Shown piece by piece: positions 33,535-47,500 of a stretch of DNA of 64,000 nt. Source of the stretch: Asterias rubens. Taxonomy: Eukaryota. Each line of letters starts with the position of its first letter. The stretch's first letter is position 1. The position numbers were made by a program, and so were the translations under genes. The stretch is taken from positions 2,976,001 through 3,040,000 of the forward strand of contig NC_047071.1 in assembly GCF_902459465.1 (NCBI RefSeq), given 5' to 3'. The notes beneath the pieces are model-generated. The model ran no database searches. It saw only the letters and a program-made list of their open reading frames with translations, and had not been told where the DNA came from.

Positions 33535-34091
33535 TCTAGCCTCAGATAAACATTAGCAGACAAACTTCTTCTGAAAGTAAAACACAGGAATATTAAAACT
33601 TATTGAAAGCAAACTTACAAAAAGTATTTTGTCTTATTTACTCAACAAGTAAAATGAAAATCGAACCATCCTATATTATTATGATGGAAAAAACTGTCCT
33701 CTACTGATGATCATATTGAACAAAAATACAAATAATGTATTGGGAAGAATTGGACTCCCATTCCAGTCCATGTCAAAGTTATTATTCTGCACACATGAAA
33801 AGCATAATGTGAGGTCTTTATTTAATTTAGCATCACTTCAATCAAAGGAATTCTTACTACGATTTGTTTTTTAACACTCGCTCACAATTCACTGACGACA
33901 GCCTTTGAAAGTGAAGTTAGTCAAGTCAGTGAGCTGGTGAGTGGCAGTTTACTGAGTGTTACTATTATTAATTATTTTGTATTTGAGTTTTGACTATTGC
34001 TGCTTGCCGAGTCACCGAGCGCGAGGCAAGTGCTTGTTTACAATTTTATTTCGTTTAATTATAATAATTGGATGTAGATTTAAATATAAAT

Positions 34092-34227
34092 TTGGAAAAG
34101 TTTCCGTATGGCGCCACCACTTTTTCATTCGATATGAAATAATATAGTATCTAATTTACCTCAATGAGATATCCCTTTCTGTAAAAAATGAGTGAAAAAG
34201 TGGTGGCGCCATACGGGAAGTTATCCA
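34092..34227. mobile_element. MITE with TIR TTTCCGTATGGCGCCACCACTTTTTCA (second copy inverted at about 52245-52419)
   Basis: Near-perfect inverted termini in both copies with homologous interiors. Confidence 0.75.
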
Positions 34228-34568
34228 TAAATTTAAGTGACTACTGCGGTTACTCAAATCTTACATGTTTCTGTTGTCGGTAAGCTGTAATTAGTAGACT
34301 GGTGAGAGTGGCTTCAGTACAACTATTGAATCCCGACACCGAGAAAATGATTGCCTTAAAATTTATCACGGAATGAATGCAGCACAAAATACCCTTCTCT
34401 ATTGGAAAGACAAGATAATCAAAAATAAATGTCCCATAAAACCGAGCATTCCTTTGCCTTTTCTAGCCCTTTTGTTATCAATATGCAAGTAAAAACTCCT
34501 GTGAACTCTATAACATAATTAGGAATGATCCAACATTTGTAAGTAAGAGGATAAAACAAATTACATAC

Positions 34569-34651
34569 TTGTTATTCAGGAAAATACCCGACTTTATCTC
34601 TGCACTCGGTCCGGATATGTTGAGACGGTGTCTACGAAATACGCATGCGCA
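34569..34651 (-). promoter_or_regulatory. Putative BTBD1/2 5' UTR exon and NRF1-like motif
   Basis: Minus-strand donor AA|GTATGT at 34569/34568 and an acceptor upstream of the ATG at about 33570. ACGCATGCGCA at 34641-34651 resembles the NRF1 site. Confidence 0.5.
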
Positions 34652-36106
34652 AATTCATTAACCTCATTCTCACCAGGTCGATTAAAATCCTAGGCTGTAG
34701 ATCGTATACAGTAAAATAACCCGACTGGTGAAAAACCGTAGGGCATTGTGTAGCAGATCCGTTCTAATTCTACGATAGCAAGAATGCATTTCGGACCCCG
34801 CGAAGTGTTCACAATATTATGAAAGTATAATCTATGCAAAATCGTTGTCATTATACAAATATTATGACAAGCTATATATTATTAATATTATACGAATTTG
34901 GCTTCATTACTGTATCATCCAACAAACAAATGATATGGAGAGAAAAGTTTTTATTGAGAACACAGATTGTGGGTGATATTTCTAGGATTGTTTAATGATC
35001 AATCTCTTTCTTTAAGTAAACATTTTTAGGATTGTGGTGTAATCAACGATCTTAAAGTATTTCCCCAGAATATTGAATGTTCACTTTTTACATCAATATT
35101 GTGGATTATTTAAAACCAATAAAACTGCTGTCCTTTAAAAAAATACCCTTTTTATTAGAACTTTTAGTAGTAATTACCTTAACTGCTTTATGAGTAGGCC
35201 CTATCCCTTTATTTATTTTATTTATTTTTTACAAATATACAAGTTATCCTTCTTCAGATCTAAGTTTGAAAACTCATCTAATCCAGGAGATATAAACAAG
35301 GTTAAACTATTCCCAGTTATAAAGTTGTATACACTTTAAAAGTTGTCATTTCGTTTGTTTTATTTATATTATTTTTATTTATTATTTATATTATGATTAT
35401 ATAATTACATTGATGTTCCTATTTATTTAATTTTTAATTTTTGGGCGTGTCGGAAGCCATAGAACCTTAGGATTGCACCCAAGTTATACATTCAAAATGA
35501 TCTCTGGGCTGCCGCTTCCCATCATGGCCCAATTTCATAGAGCTGCTAAGCAACAAAATTTGCTTAGCATGACATTTCTTCCTTGATAAAAACAGGATTA
35601 CAACCAAATTTCCGTTTGTTGCATATTGCTTTTTATTGGTATTCAGCTGTTGTTTGCTTACTCTGGAAATCATGTGGAAATTTGGTTGGTAATCTTGTTT
35701 TTATCAAGGAAGAAATTTCATGCTAAGCAAATTGTTGTGCTTAGCAGCTCTATGAAATTGGGACGAGGTTGTTTCGAAAACTTGGTGCGATCCTTGGCTA
35801 CACGGCAGCTAATGCTTGAATGGTTTCTGCGGATTGGCACCAAAACAATGATATTATTAAAACAATTACCCCCCCCCCCATCCTGTCCTATATGCATATT
35901 ATTATTATTATTTTCATACTTCTGGTGTATTGACTTTACCTTGTGCAGTGATCAGGAATACAACAATGCTGATTTAAAATATTTAAACAAAATGAATACA
36001 CATTAGTTGGTATGTTAAAAAAACAATTTATATAGTCTTTTACAGTATTAATTTTCAAATTTTCAATAAGCCACCAACTAGCAGTATCTTAAAACTTCCC
36101 CTGTTT

Positions 36107-39100
36107 CTACAGCCTTGCCTGGCCAACTACAATCTTAAGCACAGCGTCCTGATCCAGCGGCACGTACGTATTGGTCTCAATATTCATGAAGTAAAGTGGG
36201 TCAGAAATGACATTGAGGTCAAACCCCTGTTTGGCCAGGTCAGTCTTCTTGTGTTTGTACGTCCCTGTGATGTCCATCTCTTTCAGGATGCGTAGAAACT
36301 TTGGACACGCGTAGAGCGGCAGTGACTTGGTCACGTGGTCGTATAAGCTCTTCAGGTCCAGTTGTTGGTCTTTCCTGAGTACCATAGAGGCCATGCCTGC
36401 TCGGCCATCATGACCTTTCACAAAGTAAAAAAAATAGAAAACAGACAAATTGACTAGAACATTATATTTTGAACTGGAGTCGCATCCCCTTCTAAGTGAT
36501 TCCAGCACACCATAAAGAACCTCAAACTTCTAAGTTGTAAACTTGGGTTAGAAACCTGTTTTTTATGACAGGCATTCTGACTAGACCCCCAATAGGGAGA
36601 TTGCCACTATTAGGGCTATATATAGCTCAGTTGGTAGAGCACCCGGACATTAATCCGGAGGTCACTGGTTATTCCACTTTCTAAGTAATTTTTGTTGTCA
36701 CCAAAACATTAATTTTTTATGATTTTAAGAATGGAACATTTTACCTAAACGTCAAACTCATAATGTGAACTATTGATAATTAAATCGCCTTCGTGAAACT
36801 TGTTAGTGAAGATAAAATTAATTGTCAAACAATACTCAACATTCTGCGATTGGTGTATTTTTCTACTTAGACTTACCTGGGACCTGCACACCATAAACAT
36901 TTGATTCTTGAACACTTGGGTGTAGATTCAGCACATGCGCCACCTCCGTCGTTGCAATGTTCTCACCTTTCCACCTATAGAACGTACCAGGGTAATAAGA
37001 ATACTAATCATAATAAAGAACATTTTATAAAGCGCCTTATATGCAACGCCTCAAAGCGCTGTACACAAATAAAACACTCATAAAAACTTACAAGTTTTAT
37101 TAAGTGTTTGGGTAATTTTTGTATGACAACAAACACAACATTCACAGATTTACATTAAACTTCCACAGTTTGAATATAATGATGATAGAAAGCTTCCTTT
37201 AAAATATAACTTGTTGATGAGGTGCTGTAATTTTTTTTTTTTAGAACAGTGCACGAAAATAAATAATGTTATCCTCTCAGGAGACGAACATTATCTTAGC
37301 ATTGACACGAGCGTAAAAATACCAGTAGGCCTACTGTTATATACGCGACTCTCCTGAAAACATCGCTCTGACATGTGATTTTCACTTTACCTGAATGTAT
37401 CTCCAAGTCTGTCTTTAAAATATACGTATCCATCTTGGTCGATCATCATCAGATCTCCCGTGTTGAAAAAAACATCTCCATTTTTCTTCACATTCCTCAC
37501 AAGTTTCTTCTCATTTGTCTCTTTATTCCCCAAGTATCCTTCAAATGGCAAAGTTTGAGTGATTCGCAGCAACATTAATCCTGGTTCACCTATAGGAAAT
37601 GAGAGATTTCTAATGAAAACGTAATCATCGTTTTGAGTCAAAGACAATATCCCTTTAGTCGCCATCTTAGGTAAACCAATGGAAATGTGCATGCTGGACG
37701 GGCTACATACAACTTTCAGCCAATAGTTCTTCATTGACCCCAGTGAGGGCATTATTAGAGCTTTTGAATGGCTTAAAACTGTTTAAGTAGTGCTGTGAAG
37801 CAGTTGTGAGCAACTCATCCTGAAAGGGACTCTTTAAAGGGTTACATAACGTTAAGTCGAATTGTACCTGATGGGGAGATGAGGCAGTGACCGTCTGTGC
37901 CCCGAAGTGGTTGAGACGTTTGCAAATCGCACTGCACTATTACAATAATGTCCGTTAATGCCTGTAAAAAGATTTGACAGAGACATTTAAGTTATAAGAC
38001 TAAGTTGATAAATCAATGTAAATAATATAGAGACCATAGATTAACTGACTATTATAGTAATAAGCTTTCCATTTTGTTACCAATACTTACACACTTCCGG
38101 ATATATTCACTCATTTCATTCATCCATTCATTTCATGTCCACATCAATGCAAACAATAAGAAGTAATGGTACATTCTTTATTCTTAAACAATTAGTATAA
38201 GACTCAACAAAGATAAAAGTAAACTTGTTTGAATTACCTTTAAAATACCATGATATCTCCCTACAGTCCCTTCTTTGCCGTCCCTATTTATTGTTATGTA
38301 CGTTCCTTCAGTCGCAGAATAGAACTCATTGATGTGAGGGAGGTTGAAACGTCGTTTGAATTCTCCCCATATGTCAGGACCGAGACCATTGCCCATTAAA
38401 TAGCGGATCGTGTGACTGTACTTCCCATCATCCTCACGCTGTAAAACAAAAATTCTCCTTCAATATTGTTTTCGTTTTAAAAACCATGAAAAATGTGGAT
38501 ATCTAATAAGCCTATTCGGAGTTCCAACAAATTGCGTTGTCAGCAGTAACAAACATGTGCAGCTGGAAACTCCGAATAGACTTTTTCAGCACTGTATGTG
38601 CGTATGGACAAACTTCACAAATTTTTTAATTTTGATACAACAGCCCCCCCCCCCCTAAGTAAAGTATATCTTTATTCTCGCTTGACAGTTGCCACTCCCA
38701 AATGAACATGTTAATGGTTTGCCACTGTTACTGCTGTTTAATTTACTATGTGTACATGTTTATGGATGAGTAATGATATTTGACTTTATTGCCGATTATT
38801 TGTCAGACCACGATTGTGTCAATCAATGTATACAGTGAAGAGATGTTAGATTTGCATCGGGGATAAAGAATATTATTTGCTTTTAATCTAGTTCAGTTAC
38901 AGTATAGATCGTTTTTGCCACTTGGCTCTTTTTGTTGAGTTTGTCTCTTTAATTCTTACCCTTGGTTGTGCCAGGAGGTAGCGGCATATTTCTCCGATGT
39001 ATAGAATCACTGTGACTCGATATCTTCTGACGTCATCCCAGAACCGACGGGCCGAGAAGTTGCTTAGGACGATTGTACCACCTGATTAGGAAAGGGAAAG

Positions 39101-41696
39101 GCTTTTCATAACTAATTAAGCTAACAATTAAAGTTATTTAGATGTGATATAGCTTTGAGGCTTTCCGCAATTGAACAGGCCGGTATTCTACATAATGACA
39201 TTTTGGTTAAACGATAGAATGTCGGTTTGTCAGGAGACTTTTTTTTAGCCAAATGAGACTCTCACCAGCAGCGAATACAACATCAAGTTAATCTCATATA
39301 AATGTAAATACTGGCTTCAAATAAAAAAAAGTGGTAGCTTAGATGTTGCTGACAATCTGGAGCGGTTTTTTTCCTTCTTTTCTTACTAAGTAAGTTTTTA
39401 TCATAATATTTTATAAGAGTAAATACCCCCATTTAAGGTTTAGTTAAAAATGTGTTGCTGGCAACTTTATGTTAGGGCCTAGCCTACCAGCAGCTGATTT
39501 CACAAAACGCTATAGGCTTAATCCTATCTCGAGTTACTAGGATGGGGTCAATGCGTCCTCACTTATATGGATACGGAACTTAACTCGTCCCAAGTCCTAA
39601 GATTAGTCCTGAGTTAGGAAGAGTTTGATGAAATTGACGGGTGACAACATCTTCAATCAACCTTAATTATGTGTGTTTAACTACTTTCTTACCAACTCGC
39701 ACAACATTACAGAAGCCAAGGATACAAGCCGAGCTATGGTACAGAGGCAACGGCGCATAAATGACGTCATCTCCACGCAGTTCCAGAGGTGCTTGTATAT
39801 GAGATCCTCTTAGCTGACGATAGTATGGTATCCTGGCTGCCTTTGGAAGACCTGTAAAAGGATTGAAAAGATAAGCCAATTAAAACAATAAGCATTATAG
39901 AAACATTGAATGATTATGAGTTTCGTCTGTCACCCCAAAAAAGCTTGCAAAGCAATGTCTGGAAAATTGCAAAAACCTTTTACCGCAGGGCCCAACTTCA
40001 TAGAGCTTATAAGCACAAAAAGTAGCTCATAAGTTTATACCAGAACAGGGTTACCAGCCAAAATGCCACGTCACTTGTACAAGCTTTGATTGTGCTTCCT
40101 GCCTAATTACCTGCACTTGAATTTGGTTTGTACTTTTGTAGGGGGAATTTTGAATGCCAAACTTAATTTTGATCGTTCATTGGTTTTTGTTCATTTCAAA
40201 GTTGTAACAACATTCAGAGTACCTTCACAAAATCCTTTTGCATTTTATATGCAATCACATAAATTGTTATTGTCTTGTCTGTTGCATTTACCGTTTAAAA
40301 ATGTGCACGTTTTCTCGTCAATCAATGCAAACTTGCTTTTGGCAATAAACCATAATAATAATCATCGTAATAATAATATTATGGTAAATTAATGTGATGG
40401 GTACCGGCGCATTATGAATATTCATATTATTTAAAAGCCTACCTGTTGTCCCTGAGGTAAAAAGGTACAGTGCATCAGTATCATTTGGGACCTCATCGCG
40501 TAGACTTCTCGGTATAGGGTCGCTACATTCATTCAAAGTGTCGACATAAACCATTCCAGAAGGAAGCTCCACACTCAAGGTTTTGCCAATAATCCAAACC
40601 TGTACCCCGAGTGCATCTAGTTCAGGCAGGATGGCTAGTAAAGCTTCAATTAAGCGGGAATCTGATAATTTAAACAAAACAATGATTAATTTATGTATTT
40701 TTATGAATATATTGAAATGTTAACACAACTTTTTTTTGAATAACTTATAACTTAACTTAGAAACCATCGATGTCATTTATTGAGAAAACGTTTGTCATAA
40801 TGCATTATATAATCATGCAAAGCTCAAAGCGCCTAACAATAGTTTAAGAACAATTTCCCCTTTGATTAAAAGTAACTTTTAGTAAAACTACTCCACAATT
40901 AAGTTAAAATTACCACAATCGCTTACTTGGTTGAGAGCTGGATCACTGAGGAGCTGTTAATAATGATTCTAAAATATTGTTCAAAAAAAGTAATGTACCT
41001 TTTAGAGGTAACTTTTCACCAACAAATTTGAACAGATAAAGATTTCAGCTTTTCTCAGTTATCTGAAAACACACACAATCTATGCATCAATAATGTTAAT
41101 CCTGCCCTATAGTCTCATCTTCGTAATACAGAAACGCCTCTGAGTGGCAGATCGGCCTTTGGTAAAGTTTACTCCCTCTTACCTGTCCCGCAAGCAACCG
41201 CCTTCACATTGCACGTTTTGATGCAATGTAGCAGAACATCCCCTCTGAGATTGTAGTTCAAGAGTGCAGTCGTCAGCCCGAGTTTGTTGAAGGCCAGCCA
41301 TGACACAACAAAGTTTGGCTCGTTGAACATGAAGATTGCTACCGTGGGCTTGCCGTCTATCGCCCCGCTCCTCAGGGCGAAATTGGCGAACTTGTTGGAT
41401 TCATCGTCAATTCCTCCGTACGTGTGGACTTCATCTTTATACAACACAAAAACCTTCTCGGGGATTTCCCTCGCATGGGATTCAAAGAAGTCGATCAGCT
41501 TGACGTTTTTCCTTCTCATTTCAGTTAAAGTTTTGCTTAATGCTATTTGCCTCCGTATGGCTTTCAGATCATCGAAGACCGTGGGACCGTACTTCATGCG
41601 TAGGGCAGCAGCGGTCGCGATGGGCACACATGCCAAAGTTGCAGCGGCTGCACCGACAATTTGAAGCCCTGACGGGTTCCCAAATGACCCGGGCAT
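36107..41696 (-). CDS. Very-long-chain acyl-CoA synthetase / fatty acid transport protein (SLC27A family, SLC27A2/6-like)
   Basis: AMP-binding motif [46 protein letters not shown]...[22 protein letters not shown] and [11 protein letters not shown]. Exons: 41696-41183, 40661-40443, 39851-39693, 39081-38960, 38438-38238, 37961-37868, 37589-37391, 36974-36877, 36414-36107. The start may instead be the upstream codon at 41720. Confidence 0.95.
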
Positions 41697-43399
41697 GTTG
41701 CTGGACTCAAATAAAAACAAAATACCCGGCGATTTACGTTGCTAGCCTCAGTACCGTTGTTTTCACCGAGTCGAACGAGTTGGCCTATACTTTGATTACA
41801 ACAGTGGAATAAACTGACCGTGCTGTATACCGAAATGTAGGCCTATGCTAATCTCACAATGGTTTAGAGCAAGGTCACCAGTAAACCTGATGTTTACCAG
41901 ATAATAAAACGAGTGTTGGGTTGTAAATAGAGGCAATAGGTCGTATTAAATATGACCACTGCGTATAGGCATACGATCGATGTACCACGGACATGGACCT
42001 AGAGTTGTGACCTTGATTCCAAGGGTTGTCGCAGGCTACCCTTTGCCCAAGTCAACCCCCACATTCACTGAATCACCAAGTAAGGATTATTGTTAAGCGC
42101 ACAATGATTATGGTAATTTCGGAAGGCCTGTGTTTTGTATTAACGCAATAGTTGCTTATGTCGAAATGACTGGCAACCTGCTAAATAAATTAATGTGCAA
42201 TTTCTAAGAGATTCGTGCACTGCAAACTCTGAATTAAATTACCTGCAAAACTGCACAATTTCTTACCTGCTCTGGAAGTGCAAATTTCTTATACGGTGAC
42301 CAGAAGGAGCCAATTACAGATTGCTACCAACGAACTGTCCAGCTATAGTATATTAGACAAAAGTTTCGGCCATGCTCTAAACTTAAATTTTAGTTTGCAA
42401 TAAAAGTTGAAATTTTATCGGAACATCTATCTGTTTTGTTAACATTCGGCCGTCCATGCCACAATCACCACAACAATGTACATGTAAAAGGTTTAGCATG
42501 TTGGAACGTGAAATGGGCATGGGCGCGCATTTTCAAGTTCCACGAGGCCGTTCGACTGATTTCGGAGAGCCACAATTTTTAAACGGCCGTACGTACGCAA
42601 TAAGGCATGATAATAATGCGTTGGAATGGTTAATTACAATTTTAGAAGCATCCCTATTCTCCTGAAATAAAATTGTATGATCTTGTTATTTCTATCTTTT
42701 TACGCCATTCATGGACAAGTGGTTTATCCTCATTTTCATTAAATCGATTTTTTTTTTGAGATTGTATTATTCCACGTTTATATATACGTCCATAAAGTGG
42801 GTCGAGAAGGGGGGGGGGGCGTCGAACATACGTAACAGTTCACGATTCAAAGTCGCAAAAAGGGACTCTTCTTTTCCATTCGGTCTACAAAACCAATCGT
42901 ACTTATCTTACTTTATTCCTTTTCTAAAAGTTCAGTACAAATCGAACAGCAGATAATTGCTTTCTCCAATTCCAAAGAATCAACATTTTCACACATTTTG
43001 TGGAGTTAACAATATTACTGTGTATTAATGTTAAAATATGTGAAGTTAACAATATTACTGCACCATATTAAGTTGAACTTCGAACACATCACTGCTTTAG
43101 TCTGTGCCAATACAAATATTCATATTTTTTCTAAATTGGTCCATTTTCTTTTCAGTACTTTAATTGGACCTTGAAACATAACAAAAACTCATAACACAAT
43201 CTGATATTCCCCACAAAAAACACAATTTTTAAAACCCCTGACCAAAGATATTGACCACTAGGGTGACAGCCAAAGTAGGGCTGAGATAGCCCAGATGTTA
43301 GAGCACCTGCACGTTAATCCAGGGTCGTTGGTTCTAATCAGACTATTTTTCTTTGTTCAACACAAAATAAAAGTGCATCTCTCCAGCCGTACATAAGCT

Positions 43400-43545
43400 C
43401 CACCACCACCAGTAGTCCAGCATTCTCCTGAAGACGATACTGTTCGAAACGTCGAGACCAAACCGGCTCTTTTCAGAGCCACCACTCCTTCAAAAGAGAT
43501 TTTACTCATGGTTGTACCCGCAAGTTTACAATTCATATTTATATT
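43400..43545 (+). mobile_element. PLE pseudo-LTR fragment with hammerhead motif (43424-43457)
   Basis: TCTC-CTGAAGA-C-GA-TACTGT-TC-GAAAC-GTC-GAGA followed by a GGCTCTTTTCAGAGCC hairpin. A related degenerate copy lies on the minus strand at about 28580-28740. Confidence 0.7.
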
Positions 43546-44593
43546 TATAGTCACTCTTACAAAATAATTTGTTGAACTTGCCAACTTAATGCTTCTTTAC
43601 AATGTTCTTCACAAGATACAAACATTCATCAATTGATATGTCAAGCTGGCTCAACACTCTAGTAGAAATATAAAATGGGCTTTAAGAACATATATTGTTT
43701 TAATTGGTCCCATCTTTTGTACACAACTGTACATAAGGCACAGTTGTAGCATTTTCAGCAGCAAATGAGAAGGTGCCCTCTCACTGTGGTCCAATGGTTA
43801 GACTACAGGACTTGCAATCACAAGGTTGTGGGTTCGAATCCTACCAAGCTAAACACTGATTTCACAATGACTAGAATAAGTATTGTCATCCAGTTACTTA
43901 ATCACAATTTCTTGATTTTTGCAATTCATAATCAGATCATAAACCAATGTTTGAAGAGGGATGGCTGTTGCCAGCTTGGTGTTTATGTCCCCTTATGGGA
44001 GTTTGCCGAAAATCCATCTAAATTAACAAATAAACAAACATACAAACTGTGCTGAATCTGTAACTTATCTAAGATCAAAATACCACCATCAATGACTTTA
44101 GTCAATACACCCTAGAAAAAATGACTTGCAAAAAAAAGGTACAATTCTGCAAGAAAACAATGTGTTTTACATTTGTTGTACTTAAATTTGATCTAAAAAG
44201 TATTTTGTTTAAAGGGACACAAAAGTGGGGGCTAGCATTTACATGCTCAACATTATTTTGCAAGTGCAATTTGACTCCCAAAATGGCAAGGGTAGTAGAC
44301 AGTAGCCACGTGTGACAATGATGCAACGTGTCAGTCAAGTTGATGGAGTAAATTTTATCCTGATAAATATTTCAGCATTCGTTTTGTTTCATCCCCTTTC
44401 TAAGAATGAGGCAAGGTTTTGCTGAATTAAAATTATTTGTGCATTATCTAAAACATATATGTTCACAGGTGAATAAGTTTAAAGAATAAAAACAAATTTG
44501 AATAAATCTTAACATCTTTAAAGATTAATGTTGCACTTTGCCGACTTCCGAGTACAAATCACGTCCTTTGAATGAGTTCACTCTTTGTCACGG

Positions 44594-47500
44594 TCACCAG
44601 GTTAGTAGCTCAAAACTTTTGGTGGAAATTGCAGCTGCGATGGCGATAATTACAACAACGATGCTCAAAGTAACCACTAACCACATACTCTGTAGAATAA
44701 AACAAGAGACACTAAAAGGGCTAGAGGAAGAAGTAACTGCTTCTGCACATACTGTTTTATAGCAAATAATAATATTATCTAATAGATGTTAAATTTGCAT
44801 CGGGGATAAAGAATATTAATTTTGGTTTTTACCCATACACCGATGTGTGTTAGCACTGTATACTCAGTACTTTCCCGAGTCCTGTGAAAAAATATCACAG
44901 GCATGTTACTCGGGTGGGATTCGAACCCACGACCCTTGCAATTCTAGAGCAGTGTCTTACCAACTAGACTACCGAGGTTGCCCGGCAGCTAGAGGCAGTT
45001 CGAATCCTATGTTTTGGCAGCGGGTACCGCAACGATATAATAGATGTTAAATTTGCATCGGGGATAAAGAATATTAATTTTGGTTTTTACCCATACACCG
45101 ATGTGTGTTAGCACTGTATACTCAGTACTTTCCCCGAGTCCTGTGAAAAAATATCACATGTACAAGCATGGTGGAAAATACTAAGTAAGTAAGGTTTGCG
45201 GTGACACCATGTAAGCAATTAACAAATAAATTGCATACACTGAGCACCAATAAATAGAACCATTATATCGGACAGACGTTATTCTAAAAGAAAGGACATA
45301 AAACTTACGATGGATTTTTTGGAGTTGACCTGTGTGACACTGGCCATGTCTCCCACCATACGCTGATAGAGTTGTCTCTCAGACTGCCGCTGTTTGGACT
45401 CTGAGCTTGTGAGGCGGGATAACTCTTGATGAATGACCTACAAGAATAGCAATGTCAGACATCTCCAGAATTTAGAAAATCTACCCTGCGGTAGTTCCGA
45501 AAATCTACTCTGCGGTGGTAGAATAATGTAGCAAGACAATTTCTCAAAAGAACATAAGCTACCTAGTAAGTATGATAATAAAAAGCCATTTTACTGGTAA
45601 GTTCATGGATAAACTAGATGTACACTGCTAATAAAATCTTAACACAAAATGGGGACACATAAATTTGCAATGAGCTTACAAGTTGTGGCCACTAACGAGT
45701 CATCGCTAGACCATCATCGCTAATAACTTGTTTCTGACGAGTAAATTCACCGCGAAGATTTGGTAAAACCATTACAGGTATCTAAAATCTTTCTTTAAGT
45801 TGAGATGGATTTTGGATTCAGCGATCGGTTTCGGCATTTCAGATGATCAAAAAAGCTTTAGTGAAATCTGCCCAAGCCTGGTCTCGTATATCCGAGGAGC
45901 TTACCTTATTTGAAGGTTCCTTTGCTAATGCTTCTTTCATCGTCTTCACAGCATCTTCATATTCACCAAGACAAGCCAGCACCTGTGCAAACACAGAGAT
46001 GTTAACATAGCAACAGATAGAGTACAAATCTTTACGCTTTGAGTCACAACTAATCTCCCACAAAGTTTACCTCAGGGAAAAAAAATGCTCCCAGATCACC
46101 AGAGGAGATGAGGAAGTGAACAAAATTTAGGCTTGTGGATTTACCGAGTATATTTGTTTTATTTTTAGGGCTGGCAGGCATCGCACTTTTGCCATGTCCA
46201 ACTCAAATGATTTTCGTACGTCATTTTTGAAATTTTGTTGCCAGAGGAGATACCCAAGTTTATTTGAGTTTGACAAGGTAAAAGTTTGTAGTTTAGGCCT
46301 AAGATGTTGTATTGGTTGGGTTCCATACTCAATTGACAAAGACCTTACCTTTCCTTTTCTGAAGAGTGCTTTGACATTTTCAGAGTCCAGGTCCAAGACG
46401 CTGGTGCAAGACTTCAGGGCTGGGTCGTAAGCATCGATCTAAACAATCAAACAACAAAACAACTTCTGAATATGTCACCACTTAAGTAAAGTTTTTTTCA
46501 GTCAATTAAAACAAAACAAAAAAACAGTCATTAAATTTGAAGGCAGAGCATACTTTTGGTAATTGTCAAAGACCAGGGGGTCGATTTAAAACAGAGCTAA
46601 GATTGATCTTAAGTACGAATCAATCTTTTTTGCTAGGCAAAGTTTGATGTCACAATACAAATCACTATGGTGATCCCGACAACTCATCCTAAGATCCGTG
46701 AGGCAATCTTACCTTGAGTTGGGCAGCTGCTAAGTTATTGAAACATTTAATCTTCAGTTCCGATACGGCTTTCCTTGAAGCTTCCTCCTCAGAAGCCTGT
46801 CAAGAAATATCTCAGATGTCATTCAATCAATCATTTATAAAAAAACAACTGGCACCACAAAGCTAAATTATGTGGCGTAACAATATAGAAAAAAAATAGT
46901 TAAAATTGCAGATTAAAGATATGAAAATAGCAATACCGTAATACAAGGATACAGATTCGGCCTAGTACAGATATTAAGTTACAACCTCAAATCTGGCAAA
47001 ATGGCACTAACAAGATTAATGTAGAAACCTTTCAATACTAAACATTAATTTTTTTCGTTTAAAACAATACAAAACTATAGCACACTTACAAAGTGAATAC
47101 TGGCAATATTGATAAGGATAAGAAGAATACATTACATATTCATATATTCATATCAACCAATTAAACAGTTAGTCTATTAGTTACAAAGCTTAGAATTCTA
47201 TCAATATCTCTAAAACGATACAAAACACTCGCAACAAGTTACACCAAACACACACTTCTACAGCAAAACACAAAGAAGTCATTAGAAAGTTGACTTAAAA
47301 ATTAAGTACATTGTTATATGCAACAACAGGAAATGTTCTTGATTTCAAATGGCTGACATTGCTCGTCACACAAGAAAAAATGAAATGAAAATGATGGTCT
47401 GCTGAGCTTTGTATTCAAGTTAGACAATGACCAAATTGGCAGCTACGTCTATGGGTGGATCCCCGCATCATCATGCGTTGAAGTATAGGGGCATCCTTAG

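Noticed and set aside
43780-43850. tRNA-Cys-like gene
   Set aside because: A and B boxes are present but the anticodon and acceptor stems do not pair. It is a SINE head or pseudogene.
44905-44980. Functional tRNA gene
   Set aside because: The anticodon stem is mispaired, an AGA(Ser) loop lacks the long variable arm, and the cassette is embedded in a dispersed repeat. I treated it as a TE cassette.
46944-46952. U12-type donor GTATCCTT (minus)
   Set aside because: It lies deep in an FKBP8 intron already explained by GT-AG sites, and no exon abuts it.
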